A stretch of 64,000 nt of DNA from assembly GCF_009914755.1 (NCBI RefSeq), contig NC_060933.1; one strand, 5' to 3'. The position numbers and the translations under genes are program-made. Below, in pieces: positions 27,680 to 41,574 of the stretch (position 1 is the first letter of the stretch; the number at the start of each line of letters is the position of its first letter). The notes below the pieces were generated by a model, which saw only the letters and a list, made by a program, of their open reading frames with translations, ran no database searches and was not told where the DNA came from. This DNA comes from the human T2T-CHM13v2.0 reference genome, Homo sapiens.

Positions 27680-29100
27680 TCTTGATTCCAGCCTGGATGC
27701 AATGGGCATTCTGGATTTGACTCATATTACAACAACAAAATAATCTCAAGTGAATACCATGCACTTTTTACTTTTTTTCCACTGGGCTTCTTCAGTGCCA
27801 CACCTGGGAATGGGGTTTTACTTGTTAAGCTTACCTATGGAGCTCCAAAATGCAAGGAAGTTTAACTTTTGAGAGCAATGTCCAACCAATGAGGGATGGA
27901 AACATAGGAAAACATGCTTTCCCAAGTTATTCTTCTAACAAACAGCTCTAAGGTACGTTCTGTATGCTTATTCCCCCTAGATGTCAGGGTTGAGTTCCAG
28001 TGTCCCAAAGCTATATAATAAAAATGCACCTTGGTATAGACTTTCCCGCCTTCCCTTACTCTCTTTAGTCTCCTTTTGTACTCCATAGGATTATCTCATT
28101 GACTGGGCTTTGCTTTCTAGTAGAACCTAAGCTATGACATATAGTACTAGACTCTCTCACCAGGAGTGATTTAGGACGAGGAGGCGTTGAAAACTGAAGC
28201 TTTGGACATCTCAGATAGTTAAAGCACTCGCAATTTCTGGCATTTATGTGCTCATAATGTAGTGGTGAATGGCAATTGCGGCAACCATGGCCTGACAAGA
28301 GCAAGGTCATCAAGAGCTTAGATTGTTTGGAGCTGAAGGTCTGAGTCACCTCATTAGGCTAAAAACCTAGAAAAGTAGAAGTGCTGATGGAGGGTGAGGA
28401 AAATCTAATATGGATTGTGGAGGAAGGAGACGATACATATAAAACATGACTGCAGGACCTGCAGTTGTAGCAGTGAGGGCTGTAACTTATTCCATTAATA
28501 TTTGTGTGTTAAGTCACATGTAGAGATTGTGGCTAACTACCACCTTGAAGACTTAGAGGTTGCTGGAACTTATTCTAGGGCGTAGGTGTATCTGTGTGGT
28601 ACAAAGGATAGACTGTATGGGTTGTTTTTGGCTTTCTGACTCATATCCTCTTGGCTTCATCTCTGATTACAGTGTAGATGCAGTGGGTAGTTTGGCTTAC
28701 GTCAGGCTGACATCTTTCCTCAAGCACTGGATGTTTTGCACTTTTGCCCTTGGGTTTTTCCAATGCCACAATTGCCATTGGGAAGCCCTCTGTTCAAGCA
28801 GGCATGCTCAGTCGAGAAGCCAACAGGGGTTTACATCCCCAAAGCAAACCTTAACTAATGGAGGATACAAGTTGATGGATAAAAATAGTCAAACCTTAAG
28901 TACATAATTCCAAAAGGTATTCTAAACACTCCTTAGAAGATTCCAGGCAGGGCTGAGCACAAGTTGCCTACAATGGTGATATTAATAATGCATCTATATA
29001 TATGCCTTTTCACATTCCCTCCCTCTTCTGTCTCTCACTCCTGCTCCCTGTTCATAAATTTTTGCAGCAGGCTCTGCTTTTGGGAAAACTCAAGCTAAAA
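27680..29100. mobile_element. Old ERVL-type LTR/internal remnants (LTR16/LTR33-like)
   Basis: LTR-like ends (ctttctagtagaacctaagctatgaca; ggctctgcttttgggaaaactcaagctaaaaca) and ERVL-internal-like text; subfamily uncertain. Confidence 0.45.
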
Positions 29101-30866
29101 CAAAAGTCCTTAAATTCCAGTATGCCTCTGTCCTCCACTTTCTACCCAATTTTGTGTTGTTTCTTTTGGTTGTTTCCCTGATATATGCCAAGAAAATAAA
29201 TGGAGAAATAGAAGGGTGGGACTATCAACAAATACTTTAATAGAATTTCCAGAAGGACTTAAGCTGTCAGATTGAAAGGATCCACTAAGTAGCCCAGAAA
29301 ATAGTTTAAAAGTTGGTTGTTTTGAAGTTTTTTTCTCCCTGGTTTGTTTTAATCTCTACATCTGGTGTACAGCTGTCCTCATGAGATGCCTTGTTACTAT
29401 TATTCTCTTGTGCCAAAACTTCTATTTCTTATCCCTGTAATGTTTTCTTTCTTGGAGCACCTCCTAAATAGTCTTAGAAAGGATGCATGGGAGGTAACTT
29501 TTTTGAGGCCTCAAACATCTAATGAAGTCTCTATTTTATTTCCTTTGACCTGATTGAATGATTATGGATTTATAGGTTAGAAACTATTTCTTTCAAATAC
29601 ATGAAGGGAGTGTCTTATTTTCTGTGTTGCTATTAAAAAGTCCTAATGCAACTCTTTTTATCATTCTGTGTACAGTGTATGTGATTTTTTTTCTTCTCTG
29701 GAAGCATGTGGAGTCTTCTTTAGTCCCCTGTGTTCTGAAATTTCAACAGAAATACCCTTATTAAGGTCTGCTGCTTGGTTTCTATTCTCCATGTTAAAAC
29801 TTTCCACACATGTTTGGTAATCCTTGGAAGTGTTTAAATTTTCAGTTATCTTTTAAGTAAGTTAAGAGAAGAAAAAACTTTAAAAAGGCAGTTTTTATGT
29901 TTACTCATGTATTTCCCATTTCTGTTGCTCTTCATTCTTTCCTGTAATTCTTAGTTCCCATTTAATGTCATTTTCTTCACCTGAATAACTTCTTTTACTG
30001 CATATTTTCTGCTTATAAATTCTCTCAGTTTCCATTTATCCCATAAAGTCTATTTTACCTTTATTTTCAAAGGATCTTTTCACTGGATATAGATTTATGG
30101 TTGACAGTATTTTGTTGTTGTTGTTGTTGTTAATTTACTTCAGTACTTACATATATTCTAGTTTCTTCTGTCTCCACTGTTTCTGATGAGAAGTCATTAT
30201 TGGTATCAGTGTTCCTTTGTATATAATATGTTCTTTTCCCTCCAGCTACTTTCAAGAGTTTCCCCTTGTCTTTGTTTTTTCAGTTTGATTGTGATGTACT
30301 TCGTTTTCTTTATGTTTATCCTGCTTCAGGTTCCCTGAAATTCTTGGATATGTAGGTTGATGTTTTAAATAAATTTTTAAACATTAGACCATTATTTCTT
30401 CAAATATTTTCTTCTTCTCTTCATCTAAGACTTCAATGATATACATGGAGACTCCTTGATATTGTTCCATTGTCACAAAGCCTTTATTAATTTCTTTCAA
30501 TAGTTTTTTCTTTTTGCAGCTTGAACTTAAAATTCACTGCACTCTGCACCTCCTTTCCCCCCCGTGAAGTCTCCAATCCATTGTTAAGCTCATTCAGGAT
30601 TTCTCCACTTCAGATATTATACGCTGTAGTTCTAAAATTTCCATTTTTCTGCTGCTATCCCATATGCATTCACTGATTATGACCATAATTTCTATACATT
30701 TTTGAGCATATTTATAATAAGTGCTTTAAAGTCCTTTTCTACTAATTATACATCTGGGGCATTTCAGAGTTCAGTTTCTCCTGACTACTTTGTCTCTTGA
30801 GTATGCTTTTTCTTCCAGTGTCTAATAATTTTTAAATTATACACAAAGCATTAAAGATAATTTGTT

Positions 30867-31178
<312 letters not shown>

Positions 31179-31277
31179 ACTTGTAGAGATTTTGGAGTCT
31201 GTTACCTTTCTCTGAAGAATGTTGATTTTTGTTGTAGCAGCAGGGCATCAGTGAAATCTCTGCTCGGTTTACAAGTC

Positions 31278-31594
31278 TTTTTTTCTTTTCTTTTCTTTTT
31301 TTTTGAGATGGAGTTTCGCTCTTGTTGTCTTGTTGTCCAGGCTGGAGTGCAATGGCGTGATCTTGGCTCACCGCGACCTCCACCTCCCGGGTTCAAGAGA
31401 GTCTCTTGCCTCAGCCTCCTGAGTAGTTGGGATTACAGGCAGGCGCCACCACACCTGGCTAATTTTGTATTTTTAGTAGAGACGTGGTTTCTCCATGTTG
31501 GTCAGGCTGGTCTCGAACTCCTGACCTTAGGTGATCCTCCCATCTCAGCCTCCCAAACTGCTGGGATTACAGGCGTGAGCCACGGCGCCCGGCC
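31278..31594 (-). mobile_element. AluSp-like SINE
   Basis: Full body; ggagtttcgctcttg and ttctccatgttggtc; TSD agtctttt. Confidence 0.9.
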
Positions 31595-32457
31595 TAGTCT
31601 TTTAACTATTGCTATCTGCTGGGCTTTTTGGAGTCTCTACCATGCATGCATAGTCCAGTAGTTAGTCAAGGATTTGAAGGGAGTTGATACACAGATTTTG
31701 TGGCTTCCTCCTCTGTGCGTCTCTCCTTTCAGCAATTTTTCTGTTTAAATTCAGTCACCCTGGAATCCCTGAGCTCACTCTCTGACTCCACAACTCAGAA
31801 AGACAATGACTTTCTTTATGAATTTTAGCTACCCTGCATCACTTGGGCTGCAAGATGCTCTCCAGAGAAAATCTACATTAAAACATGTCACTCAATGCAG
31901 TTACCTTCTTTCAAAGGTTGAATCACCTTCTTTTTGAATCCCTGTTGGTTGTTATTTTGTACCTTAAATAATTATTTTTAATACTGGTCCAGAGTTTATA
32001 ATTGTTATCTATGAGGAGTGTTAGTCTAACACAAGATATTTTGTCATTTCTAGAACAAGACTACTCCACTCTTATGTAGCTGTGACATTGTCATGCATTT
32101 CTTTAAAACATTTTAGTGGTTCTTTATTGTTTATCAAATAGAAAATATTCCTTAAACTGCATGTACTCTATTTTTTCATTGTTTCCCATAACAAAGAAAT
32201 ATTATTTCATTGAAATATTGAAATATTGAGCATGCCTTCAAATATTATGTTTCACCATGTTCTTTTGCTCATACCGTTTTCCATCCAGAATACATTTTTC
32301 CCCCTACATTTGAATGCCCAAATCCTGCCTATTCTTTAAGATCTAGCTAAAATGTCACCTCCTCCACGAAAGCTATTCTTCTCCCTCCAGTTTCAGTTTT
32401 GACTAAATTATCTGTTTCTATTTCATTGCTTTACTTATGTTTTATAAGGACAATAAG

Positions 32458-33006
<549 letters not shown>

Positions 33007-34678
33007 CAATGTGAAAGTACATTATCTTCTTTTTGATTCTCAAGTTACCACCTTTTCTCAAACGACCACCAACTCTCTCTGGACTTCTGAAATATTCTTG
33101 TAACTGGTCTCTCTGCTTCCATTCTTGTACCTTTAAACCTTAGTATTCCACAGTAGCCTAAGAGGTCTTAGGGTATATAAACAAAATGACGTTAATTTCC
33201 TGCATCTAATCATTCAATAGCTTCCCATTGCACTAAAGTGGAACCCTTTCTTTAGAGTCCTTGCCATGATCAATAAGGTCTCCTCTCCTACAAGGTATGG
33301 GCACTGCCTACTACTCTGACCTCATTTATTACACTCTTCCCTGCCTTAACATATGCCAAAAGTATTCGACCTTTCCCCCAATTCTCAAACACTGCAAAAA
33401 ACCCTCCAAAGGCCTACTACTTTACAGTTGCTCTATCTTCTTCCTCGAATGCCCTCCTTATCTTTATAGATGGCTCCTTCTTTTAAGTTCTTAGTAAAAA
33501 TATCATCTCCTTAGAGGGACCTTCACCCCCTCAGTCACAACCTTGTTTTAAATTCCTCAGACCCTCATGACTATCTGAAATTATCTTATTATATTTCTTT
33601 CTTTGTTGTTTAATGTTTCTCTCTGTCACAAAGCAATACATTTTTTTTAAAGCAGGAATGGGCTGTATATTCTTCATTTTGTTGACCTCTAGGAGCTGCA
33701 TCAGTTGGGGTCCCCTGCCTCTGCCCTCCAGTTGAGTTCAGTTAAGTAAAGACCAGAGGATAAGAAAGAAGGCTACTGTGTGTTTCTACTGAGGGTTATA
33801 GCTCCTTTCAGGCAGTCCTCTTCTACAGCTTTTGGGTTCCATAACTATTTCTTCTCCTTGATGATCTCCGGTAATTCAACTTGGCTCCTTGTTTTCTCTT
33901 TCTGTCCTCCTCACTGTTGCTAGCCTTAGGGTGCTTCAGTTTCCCTTAACGCAGTTCACATCTTTTAAAAACAGACTCTTCATTAAATTCTCTTTAATGA
34001 TTTGTTTCAAGTATGACATATCTGTCTTTCTGGGACCTTGAATTTTATTCTTCAAAATATTACCAGCCCTTAGCACAGAACCTGTTACATGGTGACGTTC
34101 AACACATATTTGTTGAATGAATGGATGAATTAATAGGCTCTTTTGCTCTTCATTCAGAATCTATTAAGCTATACACTCCCTCAGTATTTTAAACCCAAAA
34201 TTCAGTTTTTAAAAACTAAACTTCTTGAGAGCATAGTCTATCTATATCTCTTTAAAATTTAGGCCTAAGACAGGACACTGCCCCACATTGAGTCCCACAC
34301 AACAACCTGTGAGCCTGGCTCCCCAGGAGGGCCCCCAGACAGCTCCCAGGCACTTCATAGGCAAAGCCTGTCCCCCCCACTCAGGATTCCCAAGGTCTGG
34401 GGTCCCGCTCACCCCGCTTTCCTCTCATGCCCAGCCTGACCCCAGGTTTCAGCTGGGAGAGGCCACTTCCCTTAGCCAAGGAAAACGAGAACCCCCAGGG
34501 TACAGGAGGAAGCTGGGACAGGTCCCCTTGGGTGTCACTCCCTCACCCCCTGCCCAGGCCCACTCCCACTGGTGCTGGAGTACGCACTGGTGGGGGGACC
34601 CTGCTCAGCCCAGCCTGGAGGGCCCCAGTGTCACCACAACCAGGGGCACGGCAACATCATTGATGGGTTCTGCAGCCC

Positions 34679-35045
34679 AGGGCCCCCGATGCGGGGTCAG
34701 AGTGTGTGGGGCGCAGGGCCCCCGATGCGGGGTCAGAGTGTGTGGGGCACAGGGCCCCCGATGCGGGGTCAGTGTGTGGGGGTGCAGGGCCCCCGATGTG
34801 GGGTCAGTGGGGGTGGGGCGCAGGGTCCCCGATGCGGGGTCAGAGTGTGTGGGGCACAGGGCCCCCGATGCGGGGTCAGTGTGTGGGGGTGCAGGGCCCC
34901 CGATGCGGGGTCAGTGGGGGTGGGGCGCAGGGTCCCCGATGCGGGGTCAGAGTGTGTGGGGCGCAGGGCCCCCGATGCGGGGTCAGTGCGTGTGGCGCGC
35001 AGGGCCCCCGATGCGGGGTCAGATTGTGTGGAGCGCAGGGCCCCC
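34679..35045 (+). repeat. 35/36-bp G-rich minisatellite, 10 units plus a partial unit
   Basis: Unit agggcccccgatgcggggtcagagtgtgtggggcgc, parsed manually. Confidence 0.97.
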
Positions 35046-35835
35046 TCGTGTCCAGGGCACTTTGGTACACTGTCCCACAAGGCACCTGTCTCAGAGGAGG
35101 GGTCCTGGCAGGCAGTGTGGCAACTCCCTTCCAGAGCCCAGCTCCATGCTAACCTGCCCACAGCAACCCCACAGAGCCACATCCCCTGCTGCACCTGGCC
35201 TGCAGGAGTGTCCCAGGACAGGCCCAAGTCAGCCCAGCATGCAGCTGCCCTCCTACCCTGAAGAAGGGAGTGGGCTTTCCAGGGGACATAAGGATGCCAG
35301 GCCTGGACCTCCTGGGCAGGAAAGGGAGCAGGTCCTGAGGGCCTGTGCCCCACAGCCCCAGCACCAGGTGGACTGCAGCACAGTGGGTGGGCCAATGGCA
35401 GCTGGGGAGAAGCCCCCCGTCAGCAGGCTGGGGTCTGCCCACCAGGGCCTCCCCACGTCTGCCTTTGAGGGTGCCTGCCATGCCCTGGGGGATCCTGGTA
35501 TCTTTACTGGACTGGAAGCAGGAGACAGAACAGTGTCTGTCCCGGGGTGACTTCATCAGGAGACCGCCCACATAGAGCTGGACCCCGCAGCTGAAGCGGA
35601 AATGTGAGACAGGCTGGCACCTCCGGAAAAACTGCCTTTCAGCCTTGGTGTTCCGTGCAAGGTGAAAAAAAATAGGTCCTCCAAGTTTACAGCTTGAAAT
35701 CAGGCTACTGTGTGGCCCTGGAGACCACGAGGGGAGAATTTAAAGTGGCCCCGGCTGGCAGGGTCTAGGTGGCTGGCAGAGGCACATGCAGACCCTACCT
35801 GGAGCCCGCCCTAGGGACGCTGGGCAGGTCAGTCT

Positions 35836-35992
35836 CCGTGCAGGATGTGAGCAGCGTCCCTGGGCTCTATCCGCGAGGTGCCAGTAGCGTGTGCAGGTAC
35901 ATACACATGCGTGCACACTGTTATGACACCCAGAAATGTCTCAGGACGTCGAAATGTGTCCTTGGGAGCAGAAGTGTCCCCGGTTGAGAATC
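35836..35992 (-). mobile_element. MER20 (hAT-Charlie) remnant carried within the retrocopy
   Basis: ggatgtgagcagcgtccctgggctctatcc...tgccagtagc...aaatgtctc...ccccggttgagaa matches the reverse complement of MER20. Confidence 0.8.
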
Positions 35993-36066
35993 TGTCCCAG
36001 AGGAACACGACCACGACAGGCCTCAGGATTTTGTGTTGATCAAGTTCCAAGGAAAAGGAACATCTC

Positions 36067-36208
36067 GGCCAGGCGTGGTGGCTCACGCCTGGAATCCCAG
36101 CACTTGAGGCCAGGAGTTCGAGACCAGCCTGGGCAACGCAGTGAGAGACCCCCATCTCTACAAAAAAAAAAAAAAGAAAAAAAAAAAGAAAGAAAGAAAG
36201 AAAAGAAA
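36067..36208 (+). mobile_element. Alu left monomer (FLAM-like) carried within the retrocopy
   Basis: ggccaggcgtggtggctcacgcctg...gagaccagcctgggcaac plus an A-rich tail. Confidence 0.88.
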
Positions 36209-37569
36209 ATGAGATCTCCAGGTTTAAAAATTCATAAACACCACAAGGAAACAATACACTATGAGATCCAGCAGAAGCAACAGATTGACTCTGTAGACCC
36301 AGATACTGGAATTATCAGAGAGAATATAAAGTAACAGTGTTTTATATATCTAAAGAAATAAAAGAGATTTCTGGAAAAAAAAATTTAGGCCTAAGAATTA
36401 GTGAAAATCCCAACATTAAGGAAGGGATTATATGTTCAGTTTTTGAAAGGATAATGTGTCATTTTTAATATTTGCTATTTCCTGGAATCTTAGTTCTAGG
36501 ATACACCATAAATGTCTGCTTTTATAGGTGAAGAAACTGAGGGTGAGAACTGAAGAGGGATTTATCTGAAGACGTTATGGTAGTGGAACCAATTTTTACT
36601 TTAATGTTGTTGCTCTCTTGATGATATTAGATGGTTTCATCAATTACTAAGTAAATTCCCAAGATTTACCTCGAAGTCACATTACCCTATTAACTTATTC
36701 TCCAGTTGTACCAATTTGCCATTTCATTCTGGTAACAAAGCTCTCTTACTACAATTCAGAAAATATTTGGGAGGCAGCTGCCACTGAGCCCAGACTTTGA
36801 CAAAATATCCTCCCACAGAGGCCCAGTTAAACTATGGATTGCACTGAGCATTCTGTCCTTAGGTGCTCTGGCCTCCCAGTAGATAGCGGATGCTGTGGTA
36901 ATTTATCACAACCCTCTACCCCTCCGATTACCTGCCAGGTGACTCTTCACTCCTGGCTTCTGCAGCCTCTGCTCTCCCCAAGATCCAGCTCTCTCAGCCC
37001 CCCATCTAAGGTTGCACAGTTTAGGTACATGCTGAAATCACCAATACAGAATCGTTTTAAAATTCGAATTAATTGGCTGAGTGTTTTGTTAAGACCTGAT
37101 TGTGGGCAAGAACTATTTGTTAAATACTCTAAATTCTTAGAACCCAGCCCAGTACTTGCTAGTCATCATTTAAATACATTGAATGATAGAGAAAATTCTT
37201 CTGATCACAAACCTTATACCAGCGTTGTCAAAATTATAATGATAAAGTAGCTCATTTTAAGCGCGTCCTGGGTTGGGAAACTTAACAATTTTAAAACTTG
37301 GAATAAATTCAATAAAATGACATAGTATGGTTACAATGTCTGTCTACAGAGTCAGGGCAAGAACAAAGAAAATTGAAAGAAGATTGTTTTAGTGTAGTAA
37401 AATTACTGGATAATTTTCATTTCCTTTGCTCTTTAAAGAATTATTTGTAAAGGGTATTTGAAATGAAAACAAGATTGGAGAAAAACAACTTGGAAGAAAA
37501 TCATAGGCAAATAACAATAATGATTGAAGAGTTGTGAATAAGGAGAGTTAGGAATCAAGTGGTTCCAGG

Positions 37570-37810
37570 CTTGCAGAATCTGAAAGGAGCCTAGAGTGAG
37601 GAGGTTGATCTGTGAAGGATGATGATGATCTCCATTAAGGACCAGACAGGAGGCAATAGGCTTAAGCGGCAGTATGAGGGATTTAGATAAGAGAAAAGGA
37701 AAAATTTTCAGACAGTGAGGTTCATAGATACTGGAATGTGTAACTGAGGAAGCTTGTGGAATTTCCTTCTCTAGAAGTCTTTTAAAAATAGGGCAGTGTC
37801 TCATCTGCCT
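37570..37810 (+). mobile_element. L3/CR1 LINE 3' remnant
   Basis: ggcaataggcttaag...gggatttagataag...gtggaatttccttctctagaagtctttt. Confidence 0.7.
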
Positions 37811-40800
37811 GAAGGATGGACTCTATTTGACCTCTCAAATTGTCTACTGAACTCAGAAGGTGAACCACACCTTAGATAAGAAAGAGAGCCTGAATGATCC
37901 TGGGTAGCTTGAGTAATAAAAGTAGGGTGAACAAGTCATATTTATTTTGATTTATATATGTCATATATGTAAATTATGTCTGCTATAATTCCTTTTTTTC
38001 TTTCAATTGAATGTTTTCATTTTTAAGGCCTAGAGATTAGAGTTCAAGTAAAGATATTATAGGAAAGCAAGGAAGAACTCTTTTATCTTACTGTAGAACA
38101 AATTTTTAGAGGAATAAAAGGAGAAAAGGATATATTGGACATATTTGATTTTGATTTCACTCCCTATTCTAAATAAAAAAAAATACACTGCCCTTTCTGT
38201 TAGCTTTAGTATTTTCAGGGTAAATTTCAAAAAGTTAATTTAGTGTAAGTGTTTCTCACGGTGTTTTTGGCAGAACCGGTATCCCAAACTGGAAGAGGTT
38301 CTCTGTATTTAATTTCCTCTCAGGAAGTTTACCGTCAGAAGTCCAAATGTGAGGTCAAGTTTTGGGTTGCCGGAAATGGTAATGTCCTTTACTGTCTGAA
38401 CACCCAGACAACACTTAATGAAACATTCTACTTTGTGGACATTGAAAGAAATTAAAATGCTTTGTTTCCTCCTTTTTATGATTGGTGATTTCTGTATTCA
38501 GTCTTCTAAAACTCAGAAACAAGACTATGTGTAAGTAAGAGCATCTGCATTCTCAGGATCAAGTTATAACTGCAGATTTTCAGTTACAGGTGATATCCAT
38601 CTTTTTTTTCCTTCCTAAAAATAAAAATGTACTTACTTCAGGCCAAAGGAGAGGCAAGCTTTAGAACTCATTAGCCTTCAAGAAAAACAATTCCAGAGCA
38701 TTCTAAACCTGATTTCTTTCTAACTCTGTTTGAGTTGACCTGAGGACTTTACAGGTTAAAGCAGTGAGTCATTATATCTCACATTCATACAGCTCTACAT
38801 ATTTGTCAAAGTGCTTACTCATCTAATATCTAATATGATCTTAATAAGAACCTTGTGAATGTCATTATCTTATAGATGAAAAAATGATATCTTCATAAGA
38901 TACAATTTGCTCAAGATCACAAAACTAGAAAATGTAGTTTGAACACTTCTGATTTCAAAGCCAGAGTCTTCTCCACTGCCCCATGCTGTACTGTTTTTGA
39001 GAATTTGTGATTTCCTGGTGTTGTATTATTTTTACCATTGATGAGATTTTTGCCTGTGATTTATCCTGAATCAAAATAGATACTGTGATATGATACTAAA
39101 GTAATTGTTACCAAACAAAAAGTTGTGCTAGCATTCTTATGAAGTACAGCACTAAAGATTTTCAAAACATTTTGTTATTTTTACATAATTGGTCATGTAA
39201 ATTTCTGGTAGGACACTCCTTATGAGATTATAACCCATTCTAATTTATGCTAGCTATTTATTGTTAAGCAGTATGTTGTTTTTATTACAAAACCTCCTTT
39301 AATCATTGCATCAGTCTCTGGCAGAATATTAAAAACAACTCCCATAATCCCTGGCACTCTGTCCTGGGTGTCTTTGGGGGTACAGTGGCTTTATTTCCTT
39401 CCCTAATAGTTCGGAAGTTTGTTTAATACTGACTCAGAGGAAGCATTCTAGCTGAGTCCTCACATGGTCTTGTTTACAGCTCCGGAGTGTACATAATAGA
39501 TAAGCTACTGACTTCCACAAGACCCCCACGCTTCCTGGGTGTGTGGGTGTGTGTGCTTGTGCTTGTGAATTAAGGTTGTGCAATCTCCCTGCTAGCTGCA
39601 TCAGGTTGCAAAGTCATTTACTTCTCTAAAATATTCCTCTAGCCAGCCTGACTTGATAAACCAAAATCATTGTATTCCATGGTGGACATGCTGGTAACTC
39701 ATGATAAACACTAAAAATCCTATGGGTTTATAACAAGATAAAACCTGATATTGGGGCAGGGTGTAGAGAAATTTGCCCAAGGAAATATTGTGAAATAAAG
39801 TTGCAAATGGCTATAGATGAATGCTTTTCTATCTATAGGATTTCTTTTCTTGATTGTAATTATAAATTCTTTTACTGGTTGTAAATATAATTATGATTCT
39901 TATGTTACCCAGTCTGTACCAAGAACTTTGTTAGGCCAACAACATCTTACTTGATTGTAGTAGTAACCTTAAAAGATAAATATAGGTATAATGCTTTTTC
40001 AGAAGAAAAACTGGAGAATTCAAACATGTTCTGCATTGCACAGATGGTAAATGAGTGATGAATAGGGTCCTTTGACTCCAAAGATCAACTAGGTTCTTTC
40101 CACATATCTCTCTTTGGTTCCCTTTTTTGATATGACTGTATGAAATATAATTGTATTTACATAAAGTGCAGTAGAGTTCATTAGAAAAACTATTTCTGAA
40201 TCTTAGGGTTCAGACTAAAGGTGTTTGGAGGCTGATGATAGTGGGCTGCAAAGAGCTTCATGGTGGGCTGCGAATAGCTTCATCAAACACTTGAATGTGT
40301 CAGGAAAGGCAGATTCAAGGCAGAAATGTCACATGGACCCCAGATAATTCTTGCCTGGAGGAAAAGAACATATACATAATTATGTGTGTAATCCATCTTG
40401 GACATAGTACTAAGGTGATTAAATTAATCATGATTGAGTGTTGAGTGTTAAAATCCAAATGCAAATATCCTTCAACCAACTTTTTGCACCAAAACTAAGT
40501 AGACTTTATCATCTCAAAATAGTGCTTACTAAATATAGTCACTCTTTGTAACTCTTAGTTTTAAAAACCATAATAATTGTTTCCCTCTGTTTTCTCTCCT
40601 GAGCTGCTACTGCTGCTGTTGCTGCTAAAATATAAGGTATACCATGTATCACTTTTGCAGAAGACAGCTTTGTTTTTGTAAAGTGCCTGGAATGGAGTTT
40701 GTGGGTATATTGATTGCAGGCACTGAAAGACCTAGATGAATATGTAAGAATGACCACAAGGCACCAGATGTGGGTGTATTTATCCGTTTGCCTCATTACT

Positions 40801-41001
40801 AAAAGGTTTTAGTTCCAAAAAATATCCAGAAGAATTTAGTTTTGGGGAACTAGAGAGGCAGGGGGAGTGGAATTAAATTTTTTGAATTTTTAAACAAGTA
40901 ATTTGAGCTTCCAATTGATATATTGTAATTTCTTTGCATTGGAATACTGATTTCTTAAGGAGTAGTTGCAGAAAGATTTTCTTTAGAAATTAGAAATTGA
41001 C

Positions 41002-41301
41002 AGCCAGGTGTGGTGGCTCATGCCTGTAATCCCAGCACTTCGGGAGGCCAAGACCAGTGGATCACAAGGTCAGGAGATCGAGACCATCCTGGCTAACACG
41101 GTGGAACCCTGTCTCTTCTAAAAATACAAAAAATTAGCCGGGCATGGTGGTGGGCGCCTGTAGTCCCAGCTACTTGGGAGGCTGAGGCAGGAGAATGGCG
41201 GGAACAGGGAGGCGGAGCTTGCAGTGAGCTGAGACTGCGCCACTGCACTCCAGCCTGGGCAACAGAGCGAGACTCTGTCTCAAAAAAAAAAAAAAAAAAA
41301 A
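41002..41301 (+). mobile_element. AluY-like SINE
   Basis: Full body; TSD gaaattagaaattgac. Confidence 0.95.
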
Positions 41302-41574
41302 GGAAATTAGAAATTGACTTTGAAATTCATTTATTATGTAAACAGGAAGATATTTTATTGCAAAGACAATTGGAAATTGGAAAGTGTAATTAGTTATTAA
41401 AACAGCAATTAAGACATTTTGTGGGCTTAGATATATGTGTGTGTTTGCCTTGGTGGCATGTGCTCTGCTCCATTTGCACATTAAATTATGCCCATATAGT
41501 TATATCTGGTATTCTGTTCCTTAAATAAGTCATTTAGTTTCATTGATAGAGGGTAAATGAAGTTCTTTTTCATT

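Larger units (their letters stand above)
34271..36379 (+). pseudogene. L1-mediated retrocopy of the 3' portion (3'UTR-like) of an unidentified GC-rich transcript
   Basis: Perfect 17-bp TSD AAAATTTAGGCCTAAGA at 34254-34270 and 36380-36396; TT/AAAA endonuclease site; AATAAA at 36357-36362, 12 nt before a short A-tail; abrupt GC shift. Confidence 0.9.

Noticed and set aside
34679-35045. CRISPR-like array of 36-bp repeats
   Set aside because: Units are contiguous with no unique spacers, there are no cas genes, and the DNA is human
34271-36379. SVA retrotransposon (GC-rich VNTR, TSD, poly-A)
   Set aside because: No CCCTCT hexamer, no antisense Alu-like domain, no SINE-R, and the VNTR unit does not match the SVA unit
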